Shown piece after piece: positions 29,776 through 38,990 of a stretch of 64,000 bases of DNA. The stretch covers positions 7,220 to 71,219 of the forward strand of contig CAYWPX010000002.1 in NCBI GenBank assembly GCA_964460615.1, in the 5' to 3' direction. Position numbers and translations under genes: made by a program. The notes below the pieces were generated by a model, which saw only the letters and a program-made list of their open reading frames with translations, did no database searches and was not told the origin of the DNA. The DNA is from an uncultured Planctomycetia bacterium (GTDB lineage Bacteria; Omnitrophota; Gorgyraeia; CAYWPX01). How positions within the stretch are numbered: position 1 is the first letter of the stretch; the number at the start of each line of letters is the position of its first letter.

Positions 29776-30141
29776 TTACGCTATGGGAGGAGCCAGCGAA
29801 TGGCAGGGTATTATTTTCGATAGATTTAAAGTTACGCGCCCACCAGTGGTTATGCGATAAATAAACAAATCCGACAATGCATATACTATAGCCGCTTCTC
29901 TAAAAAGTATTAATTTCGCAAACTTACATAGAGAGTAACCGCTAATGCCAATGCGTGGCGGCGCAGAGAATAAGTCTTCCGAAGCATTAAATATCTTCGA
30001 AACTACCGAGTTACTTCTATCACAATTAGCCAGGTTGGGATAAAAAATTGGATTTGGAAGAAAGAATAGGCAGCAATAGATAAACGATATGAATATTGCG
30101 AGCTCTTTTAGAGCACTTTTCCTTAGATAATTATTGACCAT
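29776..30141 (-). CDS. hypothetical membrane protein (SLAPP-terminal family); paralog of 43721..44092
   Basis: Both copies have an N-terminal TM, conserved FREAAIV/FKESAIV and a C-terminal C-x-SLAPP-x-A. Confidence 0.35.
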   Translation of the reverse strand: MVNNYLRKSALKELAIFISFIYCCLFFLPNPIFYPNLANCDRSNSVVSKIFNASEDLFSAPPRIGISGYSLCKFAKLILFREAAIVYALSDLFIYRITTGGRVTLNLSKIIPCHSLAPPIA

Positions 30142-30278
30142 ATCGATTTATCGCTTTTATTTAATTATTCCGCCTTTCCCCAAAGGCATCATAATTATAC
30201 TTCATTATATGAATGCGGGCAATGGGCTTGCCCATTTCGCCATTCTTATTCAATCCTTAATCGCAAAACAAGAAATTC

Positions 30279-30854
30279 TTAAATGACCATACCGATTATC
30301 TCCTCATTGGGAACCCACGACCGCACCCATGTATTCATTCCCATCTGGGACAGAAATATTTGATTTTTACTATTTGCGGGCGGGAATGTTGAGAATAAAG
30401 GTATGTCCGTCTCGTGGGTACCCCACCCCATTTCCGCGGGAGCGATACCTTCCTCCCTCAATCCTTCGATACTCCATGTCCCCACAAATTCATTATATCT
30501 CTTGGGTCTATTTGTAATCTGAGTATCGTGCTCACTTATATGGATAACCTTGACACCCAGTTCCCTCGCTAAGCAGGAGAATATCTTTGCCTTAAGGCAT
30601 TCTTTGATTTTGTGTTTTATCTTGGGCGAAAGATTGTCCTCACTTATTAATTTCTGAGCGATATCGGCTATGCCTTTCTTTGTGAAATGAGATATAAGCC
30701 CAGGATTGGCGCCATGGTCTAAGATCGCCGTTGTTTTTGGGTCTTTCCACCGGGATGCAATCTTCTGTATTTCTTTCTGACGATAGTAGAGAGACTTTTG
30801 GAATGGGGTTTTATTGTGTATGTCCGCGTAAGGATCCCACTGCTCTACAGACAT
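30279..30854 (-). pseudogene. truncated duplicate (fragment) of homospermidine synthase
   Basis: 191 aa align to residues ~107-300 of the full-length Hss at 36432..37877 (e.g. VEQWDPYADIHNKTPFQKSLYYR vs VEEWDPYAGIHNKTPLQKSLYYR; NEFVGTWSIEGLREEGI identical). It lacks the N-terminal Rossmann domain and the C-terminus. Confidence 0.6.
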
Positions 30855-31054
30855 ATTAATGTATAAAACTTTATTCTCGCGGCATATACGTTATAGCTTT
30901 ATGTTATCTATTTCTTTTCAAATTTTTGCTGTTGCCTCAGCCGCTCCTGCTCCTGTTTTAATAACTTCTGCTTATCATGTTTATTTTTATCTTTTTTGCC
31001 TTTATCTCCCATGACGTTGCCCCCTTTATGTTCAAATCAACTTCGGATTTTTAA

Positions 31055-31624
31055 TTAAAATAGGAACACAGCAGCGGCTACTACGGTAGAATAGTTTCCT
31101 TCCGTATCCACTATTGCGGATTGCGTAATGTTAGACGTGCTTATTATTTTGTCTTTTAGCTGATATATCTCTTTATTCTCATCCCATGATTTATCTTCAT
31201 CGTATTCCACACCAATCGTGGATGCCAGCATTTCGACAGCCAAATCTTCCGCAAAATCACCGGCAACGCGTTCGTTTTCGCCGAAGGCATGGTGTTCGCT
31301 TAAATACCCATATGCGTTCGGATCTGCCGGTACCGCACACCCCACACTGGCCGCTATCAAACGATGTGGCTCGTTTGAGCAACACCTCGACATAACGGTA
31401 AAGGTTATCATTCCCGAGACAAGTTCTTTCAATCCTTCGGCCCTGGGTACTATTTTACATTCTGGCGGCAAAATGCTTGAAACATGCACAAGATTGCACC
31501 TTTCTATCCCCGCATCTCTAAGAGCTAATTCGAAGCTCCTGAGTTCGGCCTTGTGGGTACCAACACCCTTTGTAAAAAACATCTTTTTAGGAACCAGTAG
31601 GTTTTTTCTGGGAACGAGTATCAT
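31055..31624 (-). CDS. pdaD: pyruvoyl-dependent arginine decarboxylase
   Basis: Size and sequence fit PdaD; NLVHVSSILPP holds the Ser-Ser self-cleavage site. Confidence 0.7.
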   Translation of the reverse strand: MILVPRKNLLVPKKMFFTKGVGTHKAELRSFELALRDAGIERCNLVHVSSILPPECKIVPRAEGLKELVSGMITFTVMSRCCSNEPHRLIAASVGCAVPADPNAYGYLSEHHAFGENERVAGDFAEDLAVEMLASTIGVEYDEDKSWDENKEIYQLKDKIISTSNITQSAIVDTEGNYSTVVAAAVFLF

Positions 31625-31642
31625 TTGTTATCCTCCTATAAA

Positions 31643-32563
31643 TTATTTTTTATTAGAAAGCGTAAAAATATAACCCAGCAATCTATATATAAGTTTCGCC
31701 GCTAGAAAGTCTGGCATAATCTGGCCCTGTATTGGACAAAGTTCTACCACATCAAATCCCACCACTTTCTTATCTTTGGCTATCTCTTTTAACAAATCTA
31801 TCGTCTCATACCACCCTATTCCACCCGGTTCTGGCGTTCCTACGGACGGCATGAGCGATGGATCAAAAACATCAAGATCAATTGTTATATACACATTATT
31901 GGATAGACTACTTGAAATATGATCTTTCCATAAAGGTTTTTCTAAAATATCATATACGCTTATAGTCTTAATGTTACCGTTAGGTTGAGTATTTAAAAAA
32001 TCTTTTTCTTCTTTTGATAGGCTGCGCACACCTGCTTGTATAATCGGGCACAATTCAGAGATGCGTCTTGCGGCACAGGCATGATTAAATTTTGACCCTA
32101 AATACTCGTCTCTTAAATCATAATGCGCATCCAGTTGCAATACTGATAGATCCGAATAATATTCTTTAAGCGCTTTAACAACCCCTACGGATACAGAATG
32201 TTCCCCTCCGAGAATTACTGGAAACTTGTTGTTTTTCATGATCTCGTTAACAGCGGCGTAAACTTTTTCTGTCATATCCTCCGGCGCACTATCCGATATA
32301 TCCGGGATTTCCGCGGTATATATTCCCGCCTTAAATGTTTCGTAATTCAATTCGTCGTCAAAAAGCTCCATATTGTGAGACGCGCTTATTATGGCGGCGG
32401 GACCATTTTTCGTTCCTTTAATATACGTTGTTGTTTTTTCATAAGGAATCTGCAATACGGCAATCTTGGACTTTTTGAAATTTGAATAGTCCTCATCTAT
32501 ATCGCCGAACCTCTTATCCGAACAACGATAAAAAACCGGCTCTGTTGTTTGTATACCGTTCAT
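31643..32563 (-). CDS. speB: agmatinase (ureohydrolase family)
   Basis: GGEHSVS, LQLDAHYDLRD and ITIDLDVFDPS are arginase-family Mn-binding motifs. Confidence 0.8.
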   Translation of the reverse strand: MNGIQTTEPVFYRCSDKRFGDIDEDYSNFKKSKIAVLQIPYEKTTTYIKGTKNGPAAIISASHNMELFDDELNYETFKAGIYTAEIPDISDSAPEDMTEKVYAAVNEIMKNNKFPVILGGEHSVSVGVVKALKEYYSDLSVLQLDAHYDLRDEYLGSKFNHACAARRISELCPIIQAGVRSLSKEEKDFLNTQPNGNIKTISVYDILEKPLWKDHISSSLSNNVYITIDLDVFDPSLMPSVGTPEPGGIGWYETIDLLKEIAKDKKVVGFDVVELCPIQGQIMPDFLAAKLIYRLLGYIFTLSNKK

Positions 32564-32579
32564 ATGTTTTAATCTTATA

Positions 32580-32771
32580 TTATTTGAAATTTTCTAATAC
32601 TGTCCTTTCGGCTTCTAACCAATTGTCCAGATCTCGGCCTGATACCTTACCTTTCTTTTCATAAATCTCATATGCTTTCTTTCTGATCATTTCTGTTGCG
32701 TTCTCCGATCCTTGGGGTTTCCTTGAAGCAACAGAAATCTTCCTTATATCTTTTCTCGCCATTTTAATCAC
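32580..32771 (-). CDS. DUF2934-family small protein
   Basis: IRKKAYEIYEKKGKVSGRDLDNWLEAE matches the DUF2934 core. Confidence 0.45.
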   Translation of the reverse strand: MIKMARKDIRKISVASRKPQGSENATEMIRKKAYEIYEKKGKVSGRDLDNWLEAERTVLENFK

Positions 32772-33064
32772 CCCTTTAATTCCGCATTTAATGAATTGTT
32801 CACTAACTCGATTAATTGTGAAATTTTTGCGTGCATCTCTACTTTATCCGCTCCCAGCTCCATCGATTCTGTTATCTTGCTTGCTTCTACTTCCCCTACA
32901 TGCTTCACTTTATCGCCTAAAAGAAGCCTCGCTTCCCTTATTAATTGATTACATCTCTCAGCCGTTACTTTTTTAGCAAAATTCCCTTCGATTTTCTCGA
33001 GTCTGATTTTAAAAAATTCCAGTTCGCTCAAAAGATTCATTCTGAACACCAATTCATTCCTCAT
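32768..33064 (-). CDS. hypothetical coiled-coil protein
   Basis: 98 aa, no recognisable family. Confidence 0.3.
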   Translation of the reverse strand: MRNELVFRMNLLSELEFFKIRLEKIEGNFAKKVTAERCNQLIREARLLLGDKVKHVGEVEASKITESMELGADKVEMHAKISQLIELVNNSLNAELKG

Positions 33065-33067
33065 TTC

Positions 33068-33505
33068 TCATTTTATTCTCTGCGTTGTGTCGCTCTTGCC
33101 GTTTTCCGCTGCTTCCGGCTGATATAGAATCTTCTTAATTTTTAATTTTCTGATACCGCCGGGGACTTTCCATTCAATATCATCTCCGACTCTATAACCA
33201 AGCAGTGCCGTTCCCACAGGCGATAGAACCGATATTCTATTTTGCTTGATGTCGGAATATGCCGGGAAAACTATCGTATACACAATCTCTTCTTGTGTAT
33301 CTAAATCTTTGATGCAAACCTGCGAATCCATGGTAACGATATCTTTGGGAATATCTTTGGATTGAACTATAATCGCTTTCTCAAGCTCGGCCTCAAGATC
33401 TCTCAGATGGATTTCGCTTTCAGCGGCATTTTTTCTCGTTGATATTATTAATTCATGGAGACGCTCTTTATCTATAGCGGTTATGTATAGTGTTCGTTCC
33501 GGCAT
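33068..33505 (-). CDS. GreA/GreB-family regulator (Rnk-like, regulator of nucleoside diphosphate kinase)
   Basis: C-terminal FKBP-like domain ISVLSPVGTALLGYRVGDDIEWKVPGG. Start moved to the internal Met (MPERTLY) because the track ORF overlaps the malic enzyme gene. Confidence 0.55.
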   Translation of the reverse strand: MPERTLYITAIDKERLHELIISTRKNAAESEIHLRDLEAELEKAIIVQSKDIPKDIVTMDSQVCIKDLDTQEEIVYTIVFPAYSDIKQNRISVLSPVGTALLGYRVGDDIEWKVPGGIRKLKIKKILYQPEAAENGKSDTTQRIK

Positions 33506-33521
33506 GATCGCTTTTTCCTCT

Positions 33522-34883
33522 TTAAGCAGCAAGCTTAACTGCATTCGCTATCTTTCTATGAACAGACATATTCATGAAATTAGGTACTATTTCGTTTTTA
33601 TTACAGATATCGGCCAATTTTTCGGCAGCGGCAAATTTCATCGAATACGTAATCTTCGAAGCCTGTGCATCAAGCGCGCCTCGCATAATTCCCGGAAATG
33701 CTAGCGCGTTATTTATAGTCCTGCCGTCTAAGGCAATGCTTGCTCCGGCTTCCAAAGCCTCTTTGGGCCATATCTCCGGTATGGGATTGGCCAAAGCAAA
33801 GACTATCGGATTTTTATTCATAGTTCGTATCATATCTTTAGTGACTATACCGCCGCTAGATAACCCTATAAATATATCCTTCGCGCTTATAACATCTGAT
33901 AGCGCACCTTTTTCTCTTTTCTTATTTGTCATATTGGCAAGGCTACGCTTGTACGAGTTCATGTTTTTTCTTCTTCCTTTATATATGGCACCGGTGGTAT
34001 CGCAGATGACTATATTCTTGACCCCGTATTTAAGCATCATTTTACAGGTTGCCATACCCGCGGCGCCGGCGCCGTTTATAACAACTTTGACTTTTTGCTT
34101 TTTTCTGCCCGTGATTTTAAGCGCACTTATAAGAGCCGCCAAAATAACGACCGCTGTGCCATGTTGGTCATCGTGAAAAACAGGAATGTTTAAATTCCTC
34201 TGTAATTTTTCTTCTATTTCAAAACACAGCGGAGCCTTGATATCTTCTATCATTATCGCGCTGAATGTTTTCGCTATGCCTGTTAATATAGCAACTATCT
34301 CGTCGGCGTTACTGCTTTCTATCAAAAGAGGAACACAGCTGATACCCGCCATCTTATTAAGAATGGCCGATTTGCCCTCCATGACGGGCATCGATGCCAA
34401 TACTCCGATATCGCCCAATCCCAGCACCGCTGAACCGTTTGTGGCGATACAAACGGTATTCCCTATGGATGTATATTCTCTCGCGAGCGATGGTTTATTA
34501 AGGATGTGGTTGCAGACTTGTGCAACGCCGGGAGTATATATCATCCTTAAATCATTTAAATTATCTATTTCAACGAGTGATTTTACCGCTATCTTGCCGC
34601 CTTTATGTATTCTCAAAACTTCGTCTTCTATTGATAATATCTTGTATCCTTTAAGCTTTTTTACCGCCAAGATCGTCTTAAAAAATTGATGTTTGTCGTC
34701 AAAAAATATTATAAACTCTCTTATAACATAATTTGAAGTCAGGTGAATCTTTGTGATATCACCCAGCACGGCTCCATTGGCGCCTAACTCAGATGTCAGC
34801 TTACCCAGCGCCCCGGCCATATCAGGAATCCTGAACCTGATCTTTTTGACTATTTTATTGCTATGTTTTTCTATAAGTTTCAT
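33522..34883 (-). CDS. NAD(P)-dependent malic enzyme with N-terminal ACT domain
   Basis: IYTPGVA, NGAGAAG and ALANP motifs, plus an N-terminal ACT-like regulatory domain. Confidence 0.8.
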   Translation of the reverse strand: MKLIEKHSNKIVKKIRFRIPDMAGALGKLTSELGANGAVLGDITKIHLTSNYVIREFIIFFDDKHQFFKTILAVKKLKGYKILSIEDEVLRIHKGGKIAVKSLVEIDNLNDLRMIYTPGVAQVCNHILNKPSLAREYTSIGNTVCIATNGSAVLGLGDIGVLASMPVMEGKSAILNKMAGISCVPLLIESSNADEIVAILTGIAKTFSAIMIEDIKAPLCFEIEEKLQRNLNIPVFHDDQHGTAVVILAALISALKITGRKKQKVKVVINGAGAAGMATCKMMLKYGVKNIVICDTTGAIYKGRRKNMNSYKRSLANMTNKKREKGALSDVISAKDIFIGLSSGGIVTKDMIRTMNKNPIVFALANPIPEIWPKEALEAGASIALDGRTINNALAFPGIMRGALDAQASKITYSMKFAAAEKLADICNKNEIVPNFMNMSVHRKIANAVKLAA

Positions 34884-34900
34884 GGTTAATATTTCACTAT

Positions 34901-35428
34901 TTATGCCTCATAATTAAACTGGTACTTTGCGGTTGAAAGTTTTCGGAAAAGCGTCTCTTCCTGCGAAAATGCCGGAGATGCGTTGACTATCTTGGAAAAT
35001 CCTTCCCAGATGCCAAACCAGCCAAGAGGCACTAGCAATATTTCGAGTATTTTAATGTAAAGTGTCGAATAAATATTAAAATAAGCCATAAGTGTGATGG
35101 AACTTAAAAAGCAGATGCCTATTAAAATAAAGACAACGCCCTTTTTTCTCATGGTATATATTTCCCGCCTATCCTGCAGCGCCCTGTACTTGAAATACTT
35201 CTTAAGTCTATTGACAACCACCTGTTCCGACTTTTCATCTTTTAATCCTTTTGGCGCGAAAAAAGATATTAGAAGATTTCCCTTCGCCGTTTCCCTGTAT
35301 CTTTTTTTAAGTTCGGATATAAAATCTTCCGACAGGGCCCTCTCATCAAGCGGTCTGGGATCAAAGTCGGAAAAAATATCATCCCATACATCGAGGATTA
35401 TAGAAATTTCTTTAAGTTTTTCACTCAT
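34901..35428 (-). CDS. hypothetical membrane protein
   Basis: Soluble N-terminal half and two C-terminal TM helices. Confidence 0.3.
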   Translation of the reverse strand: MSEKLKEISIILDVWDDIFSDFDPRPLDERALSEDFISELKKRYRETAKGNLLISFFAPKGLKDEKSEQVVVNRLKKYFKYRALQDRREIYTMRKKGVVFILIGICFLSSITLMAYFNIYSTLYIKILEILLVPLGWFGIWEGFSKIVNASPAFSQEETLFRKLSTAKYQFNYEA

Positions 35429-35443
35429 ATGCCCCCGGACGTT

Positions 35444-36412
35444 TTATTTATTTAATATATAATAAAACATAAGCGGCGCCACGATTGTCGCGTCTGATTC
35501 GATTACAAATCTTGGAGTATCAATTCCAAGTTTGCCCCATGTAATCTTCTCATTCGGGACAGCGCCGCTATATGATCCAAATGACGTTATACTGTCGGAT
35601 ATTTGACAAAAATAACCCCACAACCTGCACTTTTTCTTCAAATCAAAGTTAATCAAAGGAACGGTGCATATCGAAAAATCACCCGCGATGCCACCTCCTA
35701 TTTGGAAAAATCCTATTGGTTTATCCTTAGAAATTTTCAAATACCAATCGATAAGCGAGGTCATTTGCTCTATACCGGTTTTAACCGTTGTAACATTGCG
35801 TATCGTTTTTTTGATGATTTGCGCGGCAAAAACATTTCCCAGTGTCGAATCTTCCCAGCCGGGCGTAAAGATCGGCAAGCCTTTCTTATGTGCGGCCAGA
35901 ACCCATGAATTCTTGGGATCGATCTGATACCGGTGCCTTAACTGCCCTTCCTGTATTAATTGATAAATATACTCGTAGGGAAAATACCTTTTTCCTTCTC
36001 TTTCCGCGCGCTGCCATAAAATAATGATCTTGCGCTCGATAAACCTCATGGCTTTCTCTTCGGGTATGCATGTGTCCGTAACACGGTTGTAGCCGCTCTT
36101 TATGATAGATAACTCGTCCTTATCGGATAAATTCCTGTAATGCGGGACTCTTTTATAATATTTATGCGCGACAAGATTAAAGATGTCTTCTTCGAGGTTG
36201 GCTCCGGTGCAACAAATAGCGTGAACCTTATTCTTCCTTATCATTTCGGCCAGCGTAATACCGAGTTCTGCCGTGCTCATAGCGCCCGCCATCGCGACAA
36301 GCATTTTTCCACCCTTGTTGATAAATTTCGCATATGCTTCGGACGCATCTTTTAATGAAGCGGCATTAAAATGGCGGTAATTATCCTGTATGAACTTTTT
36401 TATATTGCCCAT
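35444..36412 (-). CDS. deoxyhypusine synthase-like protein (bacterial DHS-like homospermidine synthase family)
   Basis: AGAMSTAELG and CTGANLEEDIFNL match DHS. Start set at the internal MGNIKKFIQDNY because the track ORF (to 36481) would overlap the hss 3' end. Confidence 0.7.
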   Translation of the reverse strand: MGNIKKFIQDNYRHFNAASLKDASEAYAKFINKGGKMLVAMAGAMSTAELGITLAEMIRKNKVHAICCTGANLEEDIFNLVAHKYYKRVPHYRNLSDKDELSIIKSGYNRVTDTCIPEEKAMRFIERKIIILWQRAEREGKRYFPYEYIYQLIQEGQLRHRYQIDPKNSWVLAAHKKGLPIFTPGWEDSTLGNVFAAQIIKKTIRNVTTVKTGIEQMTSLIDWYLKISKDKPIGFFQIGGGIAGDFSICTVPLINFDLKKKCRLWGYFCQISDSITSFGSYSGAVPNEKITWGKLGIDTPRFVIESDATIVAPLMFYYILNK

Positions 36413-36431
36413 GGAGTACCTCCTGTTATTT

Positions 36432-37877
36432 TTAATCCTTAAAAAGAAAATTTTTGAAGCACCAGGGGTTCTCTTTATCAAGATGCGCCGCCGGATTTTC
36501 TTTGAAAAATATCTGGTAATTTTTGAATGGAGTCCAATCGGACGGTTCCGATATGAATTTTCCGAGATACGGCTCGGCTATTTTAAGCACATAATCATAC
36601 GGGAGGTCCTCCGGAACGCAGACGCCCTTATTCGGGTTTTCTATCATCCACATAACGGCTGAAACTACCCCTATCGCTACCTGTATAGTAGTGGCATTTT
36701 GATGGGGTACGAGTTTTCTCGCCTGGTCTATGCTTAAAATGCTTCCTATCCACCATGAGTTATATCTATGCCCCATCAGGAGCGCGCCGAGTATGTCTTC
36801 GCCCTCGACAATATCGTCGCTCATGATCCTCTGCTTCGGTTGGAGTTCATAATTACGGCAGCGGAGCTCATATAATGAAGATAATGTCTCGCAAGACGGC
36901 ATATAGGCGTAGTGAACTGTGGGCCTATAAATAGGTTTGTCGTTTTCCATAACAGTAAGCCTGTCGGATATGGTAAACGCTTCGCCATGCCTGATGGCCA
37001 TGCCTATGATCTCGTGATGCGGCACCCATGACCTTACCCACGTATTCATTCCCATCTGCGAAAGGAATATCTGGTTTTTCGGGCCGTGATCCGGCACATT
37101 GGCCAAATTGGGCAGTTCTTTTTCATGAGTACCCCAACCCATTTCGGCAGGCGATATTCCCTCTTCTCTTAACCCCTCAATGCTCCATGTTCCCACAAAC
37201 TCATTTAACGCTTTCGGCACATTGGTAACCTGCGTATCCCGTTCGCTTATATGTATCACTTTTATACCGAGATCCATCGCCAAGTGGGCAAAATCTTTTT
37301 TATTTAGATGCCTCTCCAAAATACTTACATCGTTCTTAGGCGTAGCTTTATCCTTTATCGACGCCTCCGCAATATCTAAAATCCCTTTTTTCGCAAAATG
37401 TGATATGAGGCCAGGATTGGCGCCGTGATCTACCACGGCAGTCGTTGAATTATTCCATTTAGCGATTACGCTGCGTAACTGCATATGTCTGTAATATAAC
37501 GATTTTTGAAGGGGCGTCTTATTATGTATTCCGGCGTATGGATCCCATTCCTCTACGGAAGCATTGACATACAAAACTTTATTTTCATAGCACCAGGTAA
37601 GCATGTCTTCACAGCCGATATTCCAAGCGAGATCTATGATAAGCCCCCCGGAGGAAACGTATTTGCCTAATTCCTGCGCCATATTTATCGGGGTAATTCT
37701 TTCCTGATAGAATGTTATCCCTTTTTCCAGCCATTTTTTCAAATGTTCACGCTGATCTACAAAATCCATGATCGTGATATTATGATACGGGATTTTGATG
37801 TGCTTCAATAATATAGGTAAGGTGCATTTCGCTACCGCGCCGTAACCTATGATCAAAACCTTATTCTTAAATTCCAA
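36432..37877 (-). CDS. hss: homospermidine synthase (saccharopine dehydrogenase-like NAD-binding fold)
   Basis: 481 aa with N-terminal Rossmann KVLIIGYGAVAK; length and sequence fit the bacterial Hss family. Confidence 0.7.
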   Translation of the reverse strand: MEFKNKVLIIGYGAVAKCTLPILLKHIKIPYHNITIMDFVDQREHLKKWLEKGITFYQERITPINMAQELGKYVSSGGLIIDLAWNIGCEDMLTWCYENKVLYVNASVEEWDPYAGIHNKTPLQKSLYYRHMQLRSVIAKWNNSTTAVVDHGANPGLISHFAKKGILDIAEASIKDKATPKNDVSILERHLNKKDFAHLAMDLGIKVIHISERDTQVTNVPKALNEFVGTWSIEGLREEGISPAEMGWGTHEKELPNLANVPDHGPKNQIFLSQMGMNTWVRSWVPHHEIIGMAIRHGEAFTISDRLTVMENDKPIYRPTVHYAYMPSCETLSSLYELRCRNYELQPKQRIMSDDIVEGEDILGALLMGHRYNSWWIGSILSIDQARKLVPHQNATTIQVAIGVVSAVMWMIENPNKGVCVPEDLPYDYVLKIAEPYLGKFISEPSDWTPFKNYQIFFKENPAAHLDKENPWCFKNFLFKD

Positions 37878-37907
37878 AATAGCCCTCCTTTTGCACTGAC
37901 TTTTTTA

Positions 37908-38459
37908 TTATTCCACATCGAGATATCTGATATCCTGCTCCGCCGTATCTCGAACATCTTCTATAGTATAAAAAATACCCGGGTCGAATTTTTTGATTAT
38001 CCGCATAACATTGTCAAGTGCTTTATTATTTATAATTGCGTAAACGACCTTTACCTTGCCTTTCGTTCCCTCCGCATTAATAATGGTAGTGCGGTACCCT
38101 GCAGCATATAATACACTTGCCAGTCTTTTATGGTCTTTGCGTGTTATTACTCTGACTTTGAGGTAATGACTCGAGATTTTCCTGGCTATTGACATTCCTG
38201 TAAAAGTCCCCATACTATAACCGGCCGCAAACGCGATATAATTGGCCGGATTATTTAGATGCTGCATTATTTGCGTTATCGCTAAGAGCCATATTAACTT
38301 TTCAAAGAAGCCTATTAGGGCGGCCGTTTTTCTTACGCCCCGCGATACAAACACAATCCTGATCGTTTCCATGCTTACATCTATGACGCGGGCAGAAAAT
38401 ATCAATATCGGGATTATTATCTGCGAGGCTTGTATATTCATGATATATTCTGTGTTCAT
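37908..38459 (-). CDS. DUF2179-domain membrane protein (UPF0316/YitT-related)
   Basis: N-terminal TM helices and a C-terminal DUF2179-like domain. Confidence 0.4.
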   Translation of the reverse strand: MNTEYIMNIQASQIIIPILIFSARVIDVSMETIRIVFVSRGVRKTAALIGFFEKLIWLLAITQIMQHLNNPANYIAFAAGYSMGTFTGMSIARKISSHYLKVRVITRKDHKRLASVLYAAGYRTTIINAEGTKGKVKVVYAIINNKALDNVMRIIKKFDPGIFYTIEDVRDTAEQDIRYLDVE

Positions 38460-38469
38460 AATTCATTTT

Positions 38470-38829
38470 TTAGTTATTTTCCGCGAGCGCTTTTTTCACC
38501 TTTTCGAGCAATAGTTGCGTCCCGTGTGATTTATCGTGATAATCTATAGCGCCTTTAACGATGCTCTTTTGCTCATCAAGGGGATAAACGCTCGCTACTA
38601 TAACTTTCACTTTATTGTGAAATGACTTCATAACTTCATATAAAACACTTCCGAATACCACCGGCATTTTTATGTCGAGCAGCACGAGATCTATCCCGCC
38701 TTTATTCAATGCGTCGTATGCCTCGGATGCGTCGGAACTTTCGATCACTTCGAAGCCTTCATCCGTAAGCAACTGAGTGTATATTTTGCGAACACGATCC
38801 TCGTCTTCAATGATAAGTATTCTTTTCAT
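38470..38829 (-). CDS. single-domain response regulator (CheY-like receiver)
   Basis: ILIIEDE...D-x-K-M-P receiver signature. Confidence 0.75.
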   Translation of the reverse strand: MKRILIIEDEDRVRKIYTQLLTDEGFEVIESSDASEAYDALNKGGIDLVLLDIKMPVVFGSVLYEVMKSFHNKVKVIVASVYPLDEQKSIVKGAIDYHDKSHGTQLLLEKVKKALAENN

Positions 38830-38886
38830 TAATCAAAGTCCTTGGATTAATAATTTTAAGCACAACACGAGTATATCAAATTGCTC

Positions 38887-38914
38887 ATTAATAAATCGTT
38901 AACGATTTATTAAT
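38887..38914. promoter_or_regulatory. 28-bp perfect palindrome ATTAATAAATCGTTAACGATTTATTAAT (candidate operator or bidirectional terminator) between the HK and receiver genes
   Basis: ATTAATAAATCGTT is exactly reverse-complementary to AACGATTTATTAAT. A T7 run follows on the plus strand. Confidence 0.5.
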
Positions 38915-38990
38915 TTTTTTAATAAGTGGGAATAGGGTCGCGATTGGAAATTTCGGGAAGAAATATTATTTGGATACTTTTAGAAGAGCA

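Noticed and set aside
33574-34689. Long plus-strand ORFs (200 and 167 aa) antisense to the malic enzyme gene; similar shadows at 19562..20176, 28755..29333, 41668..42063 and 60998..61672
   Set aside because: They are entirely nested antisense within well-supported genes whose homology is clear, with typical hydrophobic shadow-ORF composition.
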